From Thermodesulfovibrionales bacterium (GTDB taxonomy: Bacteria; Nitrospirota; Thermodesulfovibrionia; Thermodesulfovibrionales; UBA6898), in NCBI GenBank assembly GCA_044450345.1, contig JBIOIY010000066.1, positions 1-14,336 on the forward strand: DNA of 14,336 nt, in the 5' to 3' direction. The position numbers were made by a program, and so were the translations under genes. The notes beneath the pieces were generated by a model. That model was not told the DNA's origin and made no database searches. It was given only the letters and a program-made list of their open reading frames with translations. This document shows, piece after piece, positions 1 through 7,505 of this stretch (positions within the stretch are counted from its first letter, which is position 1; every line of letters starts with the position of its first letter).

Positions 1-51
1 CCTAACTTTTCCGTTTGCCTTTTTCCGCATATTCCGATATCTTTTCTTCAT
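1..51 (-). CDS. 5' end of a gene running off the left edge (MKKRYRNMRKKANGKVR...), product unknown
   Basis: Minus-strand ATG at 51-49 preceded by AAAAGGAG (69-62) with 10-nt spacing. The frame is open to the window edge and diverges from the ABC operon. Confidence 0.55.
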   Translation of the reverse strand, partial: MKKRYRNMRKKANGKVR

Positions 52-315
52 AGAAAGCGATCTCCTTTTAGGTTTTGATGTGGTAATCAATTCTAATTGG
101 GGGTCGCTTCCTACTTCAACAACTTACAGGGGCATCTTCCCTAATGTCGAAGACATTATTCTGTAACGATGGCCTGAATCAGAAGGGTTCGGGCAGTGAC
201 CTGCACAACGTCAGCCTGCACAGCCGGGAGAGAGGTTAAATCTGTTGTTTTGCATTACTTTTTCTGATAGAGTTAATCTCAAATACACTATACATAAGTT
301 ACCGAAAGGAGAGTT

Positions 316-1551
316 ATGAAAAGAGTCCTGATTACGATGCTGCTGGTGAGTATGGCGGCAGCGCAGGCATTTGCCGCCGATACGATCAAGATTGCTATTA
401 CCGGCCCCTTTACGGGCGGGTCGGCCCCCATGGGCGCATCCATGCGCGACGGCGCCAATCTGGCGATCGCCGAGATCAATGCAGCAGGCGGGGTCCAGGT
501 CGGTGCGAAAAAGATGAAATTCGAGGTGATAGAACGGGACGACGAGGCCAAGAACGAACGCGGCGCCCTTATTGCGCAGGAACTCGCCTCCATGAGCGAC
601 CTCTCGGGCGTAATCGGTACGGTCAATACTGGCGTCTGCCTTGCCGGCGACAAGCACCTGCAGGAAAAAGGCATTACAAAGATCATTACCCCTGCCGCGG
701 GTTCGGCCTCCATGACGCAGTGGAGCAAGGCCGGCGTGAAGGACCTCTCAATCTTCCGCTTCGCTGCCCATGACGGCATCCAGTCCGCCATGGTCGTTGA
801 AGAGGCCATCAACCGTAAGTTCACGAAAGTGGCGATTCTCCATGACTCGACGAACTATGGAGTGTCCGGCCGCGATGACCTGCAGAACCAGATCAAGGCG
901 CAGGGGAACAAGCTAACGGTCGTTGCCGTAGAGAAGTTCAACATCGGAGACAAGGATATGACCGCCCAACTGGTGAAGGCAAAATCCGGCGGCGCGCAGG
1001 CCATCCTTATCTGGGGCATCGGGCCGGAGCTGGCCGCGGTCGCAAACGGCATGGCAAAGCTCGGGATGAAGGAGCCACTGATAGGCGGGTGGCCCCTCTC
1101 CATGTCCAACTTCATAGACAACGCAGGGAAGAACGGGGACGGCACCCTGATGCCGCAGACCTTCATCGAAGAGCCGATCACGCCTCAGGCAAAAAAATTC
1201 ATAAACGCCTATCACAAGGCCTATAACGTGTCGAGGATCCCTTCCCCCGTATCTGCGGCCCAGGGATATGACGCCGTGCTAATCTTCGCGGCCGCGGTGA
1301 AACAGGCGCGTAGCACGGACACGCATAAGATCAAGGAAGCGCTCGAGGACCTGAAGGACCCGGTCCCGGGCGTGATCGCCACCTGGCAGAAGCCCTTCAG
1401 CAAATGGGACCCCGCGAACGAGGACACCCATGAGGCCTTCCGCCGCGCCCAGGTTGTGATGGGCATGGTGAAGGACGGCCACGTGGTCTTTGGAAACGAT
1501 GCGGACAGGCAGAAGCTGATAAAGAGCGCTACGTCGAAAAAGGGGAAGTAG
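316..1551 (+). CDS. livK: Branched-chain amino acid (HAAT/LIV-type) ABC transporter substrate-binding protein
   Basis: 411 aa with signal peptide (MKRVLITMLLVSMAAAQAFA). PBP type-1 features include IKIAITGPFTG, INAAGGV, DD and AAQGYDAV. RBS AAGGAG at 306-311. Actual ligand is unknown. Confidence 0.9.
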   Translation: MKRVLITMLLVSMAAAQAFAADTIKIAITGPFTGGSAPMGASMRDGANLAIAEINAAGGVQVGAKKMKFEVIERDDEAKNERGALIAQELASMSDLSGVIGTVNTGVCLAGDKHLQEKGITKIITPAAGSASMTQWSKAGVKDLSIFRFAAHDGIQSAMVVEEAINRKFTKVAILHDSTNYGVSGRDDLQNQIKAQGNKLTVVAVEKFNIGDKDMTAQLVKAKSGGAQAILIWGIGPELAAVANGMAKLGMKEPLIGGWPLSMSNFIDNAGKNGDGTLMPQTFIEEPITPQAKKFINAYHKAYNVSRIPSPVSAAQGYDAVLIFAAAVKQARSTDTHKIKEALEDLKDPVPGVIATWQKPFSKWDPANEDTHEAFRRAQVVMGMVKDGHVVFGNDADRQKLIKSATSKKGK

Positions 1552-1602
1552 GACAAAGGTGTTGTCTTCACTGTATCGCCTTTAATCCGGGAGGAATAGT
1601 AC

Positions 1603-2481
1603 GTGACGACTGACGTTCTTGCCCAGTTGATAATGAGCGGGGCCCTGATGGGCCTGGTCTATGCGCTTGTGGCCTATGGGTTTCAGCTCACCTTCGCCAC
1701 GAGCAGGAGCATCAACTTCGGTCAGGGTGAACTCGTTATGGTCTCGGCCTTCTTCTGTCTCACTCTCACTGATCTGGGGTTTCCCTATTGGCTGATGGTG
1801 CCGTGCGGCCTGCTGTTCGGTGTGGCACTCGGCCTGTTTGTTGAGCGCGCTGCAGTGCGTCTCGCGCTGGAACAGAAAAGCGAAGGCTGGATCCTCCTGA
1901 CTATTATACTCGGGCTGTTTTTCTTTTCTGCCTCCGAAAACATCTGGGGAAGGGACGATCGTCCCTTCCCGACACCTATCCCTTCCACTGCGGTCCATAT
2001 CTTTGGAATAAGTATCACCCCTCTTGAACTCTCGGTTGCTGTAGGGGTTTTTGCCATCATGGGGCTCATCGAACTCTTCAAACGGAAGACTCTCATGGGC
2101 AAGGCCTTCGAGGCCGTCTCTGTTGACCGTGAGGCTGCCGAACTCATGGGCATATCCGCTTCGCGTACGGTCATGCTCTCTTACGGACTTTCCGGACTTT
2201 CCGCGGCTGTTGCTGGCATACTCGTCTCGCCGATCACGACAGTCGGTCCGACCATGGCCTCTGCCCTTGTGCTAAAGGCCTTTTCCGTTGCTGTCGTGGC
2301 CGGCCTTGATTCCGGATTCGGCGTGGTCCTCGTCGGCGTGGTCCTCGGGTCGCTCGAAAGCCTGACCAGCTTCTCTATCGGAAGCGGCTGGCGCGAGGCC
2401 CCCGGTCTCGTCCTTCTCATCCTGGCACTTGCCCTTCGGCCCTCCGGCATATTCGGCAAGGGAGTCATACGAAAGGTGTGA
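1603..2481 (+). CDS. livH: HAAT ABC transporter permease (LivH-like)
   Basis: Hydrophobic 292 aa with YALVAYGFQL...INFGQGELVM and G.A..AV..D.EAAELMGI motifs. GTG start with GGAGGA RBS at 1590-1595. Confidence 0.9.
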   Translation: MTTDVLAQLIMSGALMGLVYALVAYGFQLTFATSRSINFGQGELVMVSAFFCLTLTDLGFPYWLMVPCGLLFGVALGLFVERAAVRLALEQKSEGWILLTIILGLFFFSASENIWGRDDRPFPTPIPSTAVHIFGISITPLELSVAVGVFAIMGLIELFKRKTLMGKAFEAVSVDREAAELMGISASRTVMLSYGLSGLSAAVAGILVSPITTVGPTMASALVLKAFSVAVVAGLDSGFGVVLVGVVLGSLESLTSFSIGSGWREAPGLVLLILALALRPSGIFGKGVIRKV

Positions 2482-2488
2482 CGGCATT

Positions 2489-4408
2489 ATGATAAAGCGT
2501 CTGCTGCTTATCCATGGGGCGGAGTTGGCTGCGCTCGTCCTCCTGACTGCCTTACCGCTGCTCGTGCAGAATTCCTTTGCCCTGGCCCTGCTGACGCTCC
2601 TTGCCATATACGGCATACTGCTTATCGGTCTGGATGTTACCGTCGGCTATCTCGGGCAGGTCAATCTCGCACAGGCGGCCTTTCTCGGCCTCGGTGCGTA
2701 CGCTGCCGGCCTGACGGTCACGCACTTCGGTTTCGGCATGGTGAGCGCATTGTCCGCCGGCCTGCTGATCGGTCTCGTGTTCGGCGGGTTGCTGGCCTTT
2801 CCTGCGCTGAGACTGGAAGGTCCCCAGTTCGCGCTTGCTACGCTCAGTTTTTCCGCCCTCACCGCCACCGTGCTTAATGAGTGGGAGTCCATGACACATG
2901 GGGCGCAGGGTCTTTCTCTCATACGCCCGACCCTGTTCGGCCTGCAGCTCACAACAAGGGGCTTCTACTGGCTCTGCCTGGTCCTCCTCGTCCTCGTCTG
3001 GATTGCAATGCGCAACCTTCTCACATCACAATGGGGCAGGGCCTTCGAGGCCCTGCGCGACAGTCCCATCGCTACCGACGCAATGGGCATCGGCGCTTAT
3101 CGGCACAAGGCTGCGGCCTTTGCATTCGGCTCGGCCCTTGGCGGTCTCGCAGGCGCGCTCTATGCCTTCAATTTCCAGTATCTGCAACCTCAGATCTTTG
3201 TCTATGAACTCATGGTTGTCCTGTTGCTGGGTGTGGTGCTTGGGGGCCGCAAGAGCCTCTGGGGTGCCTTTGTGGGCGCTGCGCTGATCGTTTTGCTGCC
3301 GAACCTCCTCTCGAACCGGTTTCTGTTTCAGATCTTTTCCGGCATCGGCCTGACGATTGCTTTGATCGCCGGCGGACGGGGCTATCTTCTGAAAACGACG
3401 AAGCCCTTTCAGGCCTTTGCGCCGATCGTTGCCATGGGGCTGCTTGTCCTCGCTGCGGTGACAGTCAAAAACATCGAAGACCTGCGCAAGGCCATCTTCT
3501 CTCTTATGCTTTTTTCTGTTGTGGTAGGACTCCCCGAGGGACTAATGGGCTTCGCCGCTTCGTTTCTGTCGAAACTCTTCCGCATCCCTCCTGCTCCACT
3601 TAGTGAACCGGCGTCACTCGATGCCGTTTTGGCCGGGAATAAGGCCCATGCAGGCCCGTTACTTGAACTTCGGGATCTGAAGCGGAATTTTGGCGGGATC
3701 AGGGCCGTTGACGGCGTCTCGCTCGTAGTGCAGTCCGGACACATACATGGTTTGATCGGTCCGAACGGTTCGGGCAAGAGCACGCTCGTAAACGTAGTCT
3801 CGGGACTTTATGCGCCAAGCGGAGGGGCCATGCTGCTCAGTGGAAAGCCGCTGCCTGAGGGCAGCCTCATGAAGGCCGCGCAGATGGGGATTTCGCGGAC
3901 CTTCCAGAACCTGCAGATCTTCACAGAGCTCACGGCGCTGGACAACGTGATGGCGGCGCTGAAGGGAATTTACCGGAAGCCCCTGCTGCTGGTATTGCTG
4001 GGTCTCGCGCGCCGGGAAGAGCGCTCTGCCCAGGCGGAGGCCCTGGCCCTGCTCGAAATGGTAGGCCTGAGGGAGGAGGCGCGCACTCCGGCCAAGGACC
4101 TTCCTTACGGGGCACAGCGCTTTCTGGAGATTGCCCGCGCCCTTGCCCGCCGGCCTGATCTCCTGATCCTTGACGAACCGGCGGCCGGCCTCGCCCATCC
4201 CGATGTGAAAGAGTTGGTGGCGATTATCCGGAAGATACATCAGTTTGGGATCACGACGATCCTCATCGAGCACCATATTGAAGTCGTGAGCGAACTCTGC
4301 GACGCGGTGACGGTGCTTGATGGCGGTCTGGTCATAGCCGAGGGGCGGCCTCAGGATGTAAGGCGGAATCCCAAAGTAATAGCCGCCTACCTGGGTGCAG
4401 GCGCATGA
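2489..4408 (+). CDS. Fused HAAT permease (LivM-like) / ATP-binding protein (LivG-like)
   Basis: N-terminal TM region with GYLGQVNLAQAAFLGLGAY and WGRAFEALRDS. C-terminal ABC domain has GPNGSGKS (Walker A), RTFQN, LPYGAQR, LLILDEP (Walker B) and IEH. Start moved to ATG 2489 (GAAAGG RBS, 7 nt after the livH stop). Confidence 0.9.
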   Translation: MIKRLLLIHGAELAALVLLTALPLLVQNSFALALLTLLAIYGILLIGLDVTVGYLGQVNLAQAAFLGLGAYAAGLTVTHFGFGMVSALSAGLLIGLVFGGLLAFPALRLEGPQFALATLSFSALTATVLNEWESMTHGAQGLSLIRPTLFGLQLTTRGFYWLCLVLLVLVWIAMRNLLTSQWGRAFEALRDSPIATDAMGIGAYRHKAAAFAFGSALGGLAGALYAFNFQYLQPQIFVYELMVVLLLGVVLGGRKSLWGAFVGAALIVLLPNLLSNRFLFQIFSGIGLTIALIAGGRGYLLKTTKPFQAFAPIVAMGLLVLAAVTVKNIEDLRKAIFSLMLFSVVVGLPEGLMGFAASFLSKLFRIPPAPLSEPASLDAVLAGNKAHAGPLLELRDLKRNFGGIRAVDGVSLVVQSGHIHGLIGPNGSGKSTLVNVVSGLYAPSGGAMLLSGKPLPEGSLMKAAQMGISRTFQNLQIFTELTALDNVMAALKGIYRKPLLLVLLGLARREERSAQAEALALLEMVGLREEARTPAKDLPYGAQRFLEIARALARRPDLLILDEPAAGLAHPDVKELVAIIRKIHQFGITTILIEHHIEVVSELCDAVTVLDGGLVIAEGRPQDVRRNPKVIAAYLGAGA

Positions 4409-4429
4409 GCTGGGGATGATTAACGGACC

Positions 4430-5146
4430 ATGCTGATCGTCGAAAACATTTATGCCGGTTACGGAGCCAGCGAAGTATTGGCTGGTCCCTCTCTCGATGT
4501 AAAGGCCGGTACGCTTGTTGCCCTGATCGGACCAAACGGCGCGGGCAAGACCACGACTATGCGCGCCATCTCCGGGATTATCAAGCCCGTTAAAGGAAGT
4601 GTACTGCTCGACGGCAGGCCGGTGAATGGAATGGACGCCTCGCAGATTGCCCGGCTCGGACTTGCCCACGTGCCTGAGGGGCGACATGTGTTCGGTCCGC
4701 TGTCCGTCGAGGACAACCTGCTCCTGGGTGGGTATCGGCGCCTGCCGAAGTTCTTTGGGTATCACGCCAGGGCCGCGTCCGGCCTTGAGCGTGTGTATTC
4801 GCTCTTTCCAAGACTGAAGGAGCGTCGCGGTCAGTCGGCCGGTACACTCTCGGGCGGCGAACAGCAGATGCTTGCAATTGGCCGGGCCTTGATGGCCCAA
4901 CCCAAGGTAATCCTCATGGACGAACCCTCGATGGGGCTGGCCCCGGTAATCGTGGAGGAGGTCTTCACCACCATCATGCAGCTGAAGGAGACGGGGATCC
5001 CGTTATTACTCGTTGAGCAGATGGCGAAGAAGGCCCTGGAGGTGGCGGACTACGTCTACGTCATGGAAAGCGGGAAGGTCGTCATTGAGGGAAGACCTTC
5101 GGAGCTTCAGCAAAACGAACGTGTCATCGCGGCTTATCTGGGGTAG
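4430..5146 (+). CDS. livF: HAAT ABC transporter ATP-binding protein (LivF-like)
   Basis: GPNGAGKT, HVPEGR, LSGGEQQMLAIGRAL, MDEPSMGLAP, VEQ and C-terminal AYLG. Confidence 0.92.
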   Translation: MLIVENIYAGYGASEVLAGPSLDVKAGTLVALIGPNGAGKTTTMRAISGIIKPVKGSVLLDGRPVNGMDASQIARLGLAHVPEGRHVFGPLSVEDNLLLGGYRRLPKFFGYHARAASGLERVYSLFPRLKERRGQSAGTLSGGEQQMLAIGRALMAQPKVILMDEPSMGLAPVIVEEVFTTIMQLKETGIPLLLVEQMAKKALEVADYVYVMESGKVVIEGRPSELQQNERVIAAYLG

Positions 5147-5314
5147 GCAGAGAATCTAGAAATTCTTTTTCGGATAATGCCTCATTCCCCAATTAGGGGA
5201 TGTCAGACGAAACAACCGGGCAGCGGTTTAGCCCTACTGCCATAAATGCCACAAGTCGTCAAATTCTGTGTCTCTGGCCCTACATAAAAATACCTAAGAA
5301 TTATTACCTAAAGA

Positions 5315-5343
5315 TTGACAGGCGGCTTTGGTTGTGATAAAAA
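5315..5343 (+). promoter_or_regulatory. Candidate sigma70 promoter for the riboswitch-lipocalin transcript
   Basis: TTGACA (5315-5320), 17-nt spacer, TAAAAA (5338-5343) preceded by TGn. It lies just upstream of the aptamer. Confidence 0.55.
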
Positions 5344-5358
5344 ATGGAAAAGGGACGA

Positions 5359-5439
5359 TTCCGACACAGCCAAACCGCTTGCGAGGACGAGGCGGAAAGC
5401 GGAGGGTCTTAGCATAAGATGGCCGAGCTGCCGACGGAA
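5359..5439 (+). ncRNA. c-di-GMP-I (GEMM-I) class riboswitch aptamer
   Basis: Ordered GEMM-I hallmarks: GCCAAACC, GCGA (GNRA) tetraloop, GGCGGAAAGC, P3 hairpin GTCTTA-GCA-TAAGAT with GG/CC, and GCTGCCGA. P1 is TTCCG (5359-5363) / CGGAA (5435-5439). P2 is imperfect. Confidence 0.75.
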
Positions 5440-5468
5440 ATATATCGGTGAGTTCGGCTTTTGTATTT
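5422..5468 (+). terminator. Intrinsic terminator forming the riboswitch expression platform
   Basis: GCCGAGCT (5422-5429) pairs with AGTTCGGC (5451-5458) and GCCGA pairs with TCGGT, followed by TTTTGTATTT. The 5' arm overlaps the 3' strand of the aptamer. Confidence 0.7.
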
Positions 5469-5540
5469 GAGGTGAAGGGGGATGAGCGAAAGGTTCATTT
5501 GATCGCTCGAAGAATGTGCTTAAAAAAGCAGGAGGATATC

Positions 5541-6029
5541 ATGTCTAAGTTTAAGCGGTTAGTTGTTTTGGTTATATTTGTGATTGCAGTGCAACCGAGT
5601 TTCGCTAATGATCGCGCACAAATTCACGGCGTATGGAAACTGCTTTCCTACGATGTTGAGGTTCAAGCCACGGGCGAAAAATTCCCCCCCATGGGCAAGA
5701 ATCCGACGGGTTACGTGATTTTCACCCCCGAGGCGCGCGTGTGGTTCGTACTGACTGGAGATGGGCGGAAGCCTGCGAAAACCGCCGAGGAGAAGGCGGT
5801 CCTCTTGGATACCCTGGTTGCGTACACGGGTACGTATCGCGTGGAAGGGGACAAGTGGATTACCAGTGTCCAAGTGGCCTGGAATCCGGCATGGGTCGGC
5901 ACCGAACAGTCACGATCCTTCAAGGTAGAAGGCGACCGTCTTCAAGTCCTCACCCCGTGGCGAGTTATGCCCAACTGGGCCGACAAGGGAATGACCCGGA
6001 GCATTATCACGTTCGAACGGGCGAAATAG
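5541..6029 (+). CDS. Exported lipocalin-like domain protein (Lipocalin_5-type beta-barrel)
   Basis: ATG 5541 with GGAGG RBS (5531-5535) and signal peptide MSKFKRLVVLVIFVIAVQPSFA. Motifs G.WKLLS, G..P.GY.IFTPE, AYTGTYRVEG and W.GTEQ.R are typical of the family. Confidence 0.8.
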   Translation: MSKFKRLVVLVIFVIAVQPSFANDRAQIHGVWKLLSYDVEVQATGEKFPPMGKNPTGYVIFTPEARVWFVLTGDGRKPAKTAEEKAVLLDTLVAYTGTYRVEGDKWITSVQVAWNPAWVGTEQSRSFKVEGDRLQVLTPWRVMPNWADKGMTRSIITFERAK

Positions 6030-6058
6030 GGAGCCGGGGATTTCTCAATCTCCCTCCC
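6030..6058. terminator. Hairpin between convergent genes
   Basis: GGGAG-cc-GGGGATT / AATCTCC-CTCCC immediately after the lipocalin stop. There is no clear U-tract. Confidence 0.35.
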
Positions 6059-6104
6059 ACGTCGTTGAGGCACTGCGAAACTGCTTACGTGCCCGAATGG
6101 TCCT

Positions 6105-6614
6105 CTATTCCAGGACTTTTCTCAAATATTTATGCAGGTCTTCCCGGATGCCCCTCTCCATGTATGTAATGACCCCTTTCCTATCGATAAGGATATTTGT
6201 CTCGATCCGCGCGCCAAAGGCCTTCGATACCTTATCGCCTTCGTCATACGCGACAGGGAAAGTTATGTGGTTGTGCTTTACGAAATCGCCTATCTTCCCT
6301 TTGATGCCGAGGTTTATACCGATGAATTCGATTCTGCCACCAAACTCTTTATACAGCTCCTCCACACGGGGGAGTTCTTCTTTGCAGTATGGTCACCAGG
6401 TTGCCCAAAAGAACAGGTAGACCGGCTTTCCCCCCTTGATGTCCTTGTCATAGGAAATTTCCTTCCCCTGAATGGTAATGACACGGAAATCGGGTGTCTT
6501 GTCCCCGACCCCCAGTGCATACGCGCTTGCAGGAAGAAGGAGCAGCGATAAGAATAAAATACCCTTTATCACAAAGGCCATATTTTGTTCTACAAGAGAA
6601 AATTTCTTTACCAT
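6105..6614 (-). CDS. Exported TlpA/ResA-like thioredoxin-fold protein with in-frame TGA, probable selenoprotein (UxxC active site)
   Basis: Reading through TGA 6395-6393 gives ...LGVGDKTPDF...GKPVYLFFWATW-U-PYCKEELPRVEELYKEF...FIGIN...ITFPVAYD...ILIDRKGVI..., a continuous TlpA-family sequence. ATG 6614 has an AAGGAAG RBS, and there is a signal-peptide-like segment ending ASAYA. Confidence 0.88.
6351..6392 (-). promoter_or_regulatory. Candidate bacterial SECIS element
   Basis: After UGA the mRNA reads CCAUACUGCAAAGAAGAA-CUCCCCC-GUGU-GGAGGAG-CUGUAU. The upper stem has 6 of 7 pairs and the apical loop GUGU begins 25 nt after UGA. A lower stem AUAC/GUAU is also possible. Confidence 0.65.
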
Positions 6615-6674
6615 GTATTCGTCTTCCTTATTGAGAAACTGGTTTGTTCCGGTTTTTGCCCTCTGTGAAATTCT

Positions 6675-6695
6675 GGTAGTGACTGAGTCACTACC
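6675..6695. repeat. Perfect 9-bp inverted repeat in the intergenic space (GGTAGTGAC-TGA-GTCACTACC)
   Basis: Seen directly, 10 nt downstream of the NifX-like stop. Confidence 0.6.
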
Positions 6696-6705
6696 CAATT
6701 CCGCC

Positions 6706-7080
6706 TCAGTGAGAGCACTCCCCGGCATGGCCGCCGCAGACATGACCCGGTTGAAACCGGGGAAGTCCTTTCGAACTGAAGAGTTCAATATTTTGTCTCA
6801 CGGTTTTCGCCATAGCTTTATACACGCTTATCCCGGCGCCGCTCAACTTCATGAGCGCTCCTCCCCCGATACCGCCCACTACCACGGCGTCCACTTCCTG
6901 TCCTTCAAGTGCGCCGACAGGATTGCACATGCCGTGGGCATGGTGACGGTCGGCATTATGTGCCACCCTGACCGCCATTGTATCAGAGTCGACGATGACA
7001 AAGGCCGGGGCCGAGCCGAAGTGCCCGTACACTTCACTTTCGAGATCTGAAATTTCTTTGACCGGGAAACATAGTTTCAT
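6706..7080 (-). CDS. NifB/NifX-family (dinitrogenase FeMo-cofactor biosynthesis domain) metal-cluster binding protein
   Basis: Family motifs V..HFGSAPAF.IVD, HGMCNP, VDAVVVGGIGGGA..KL...GI.VY, plus a His/Cys-rich tail GHVCGGHAGECSH. RBS GGAGGT lies at the end of the DUF134 gene. Confidence 0.85.
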   Translation of the reverse strand: MKLCFPVKEISDLESEVYGHFGSAPAFVIVDSDTMAVRVAHNADRHHAHGMCNPVGALEGQEVDAVVVGGIGGGALMKLSGAGISVYKAMAKTVRQNIELFSSKGLPRFQPGHVCGGHAGECSH

Positions 7081-7086
7081 CTTTAA

Positions 7087-7386
7087 TTACACCTCCGATT
7101 TGGATATGGTCTTCTCGCAGACAAGCGCCTTGCATCCGGAAAGGGCGCTCGCCACTTTTTTCCTCGCACTCGCAAGGATCCTTTGGACGGTCCCCCGTGA
7201 TATCCTCATCCTTCTTCCTGCCTCTTCCTGCGTCAGGCCGTCAAGGTCGCAGAGTTTCAACGCCTCAAGTTCATCCCTGTACAGGGTGATCTTTTCGATT
7301 TCCGACATCGGAATCCCTGTGGGCTTAAACGCGCTGCCCTTAAACCTGCAGCCGCAGAGCCTCGGTTTTTTATGTCTCGGAGACAC
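7087..7386 (-). CDS. DUF134 family protein (sigma70 region-4-like HTH)
   Basis: MSPR.KKPR, FKP.G, L..DELEALKLCDLDGLTQEEAG..M.ISRGTVQRIL.SARKKVA.AL. GTG start with AAGGA RBS (7399-7395). Confidence 0.88.
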   Translation of the reverse strand: MSPRHKKPRLCGCRFKGSAFKPTGIPMSEIEKITLYRDELEALKLCDLDGLTQEEAGRRMRISRGTVQRILASARKKVASALSGCKALVCEKTISKSEV

Positions 7387-7400
7387 TCCCGTAATCCTTG

Positions 7401-7447
7401 ATTATGTGCATATACACATTATACTGATCGATTGATACCTCTGTCAA
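7401..7447 (-). promoter_or_regulatory. Consensus sigma70 promoter with overlapping palindromic operator
   Basis: Minus strand TTGACA (7447-7442), 18 nt, TATAAT (7423-7418). Palindrome ATTATGTGCATATACACATTAT (7401-7422, 9 of 11 symmetric pairs) covers the -10 and the predicted +1. Confidence 0.8.
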
Positions 7448-7505
7448 CACACTCCCGGATGAATACCGCATGTTCTCGGGAACGCAGGGGCACATTAGGC
7501 AGGCG

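Noticed and set aside
3659..4900. 413-aa minus-strand ORF and other long antisense or overlapping ORFs
   Set aside because: These are shadows of well-supported genes in GC-rich coding sequence and carry no recognisable motifs.
93..5196. 10-bp inverted repeat CTAATTGGGG (93-102) / CCCCAATTAG (5187-5196) flanking the ABC operon as mobile-element ends
   Set aside because: Too short, with no transposase or integrase and no target duplication seen.
6105..6788. Treating 6393-6788 and 6105-6365 as two genes or as a pseudogene
   Set aside because: They share a frame, the single TGA falls at the catalytic Cys position, and a SECIS-like hairpin follows. The region 6615-6788 overlaps the NifX-like gene and spacer.
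6706..7080. Evidence of nitrogen fixation
   Set aside because: NifX-family domains are common in non-diazotrophs, and no nifHDK or nifENB genes are in the window.
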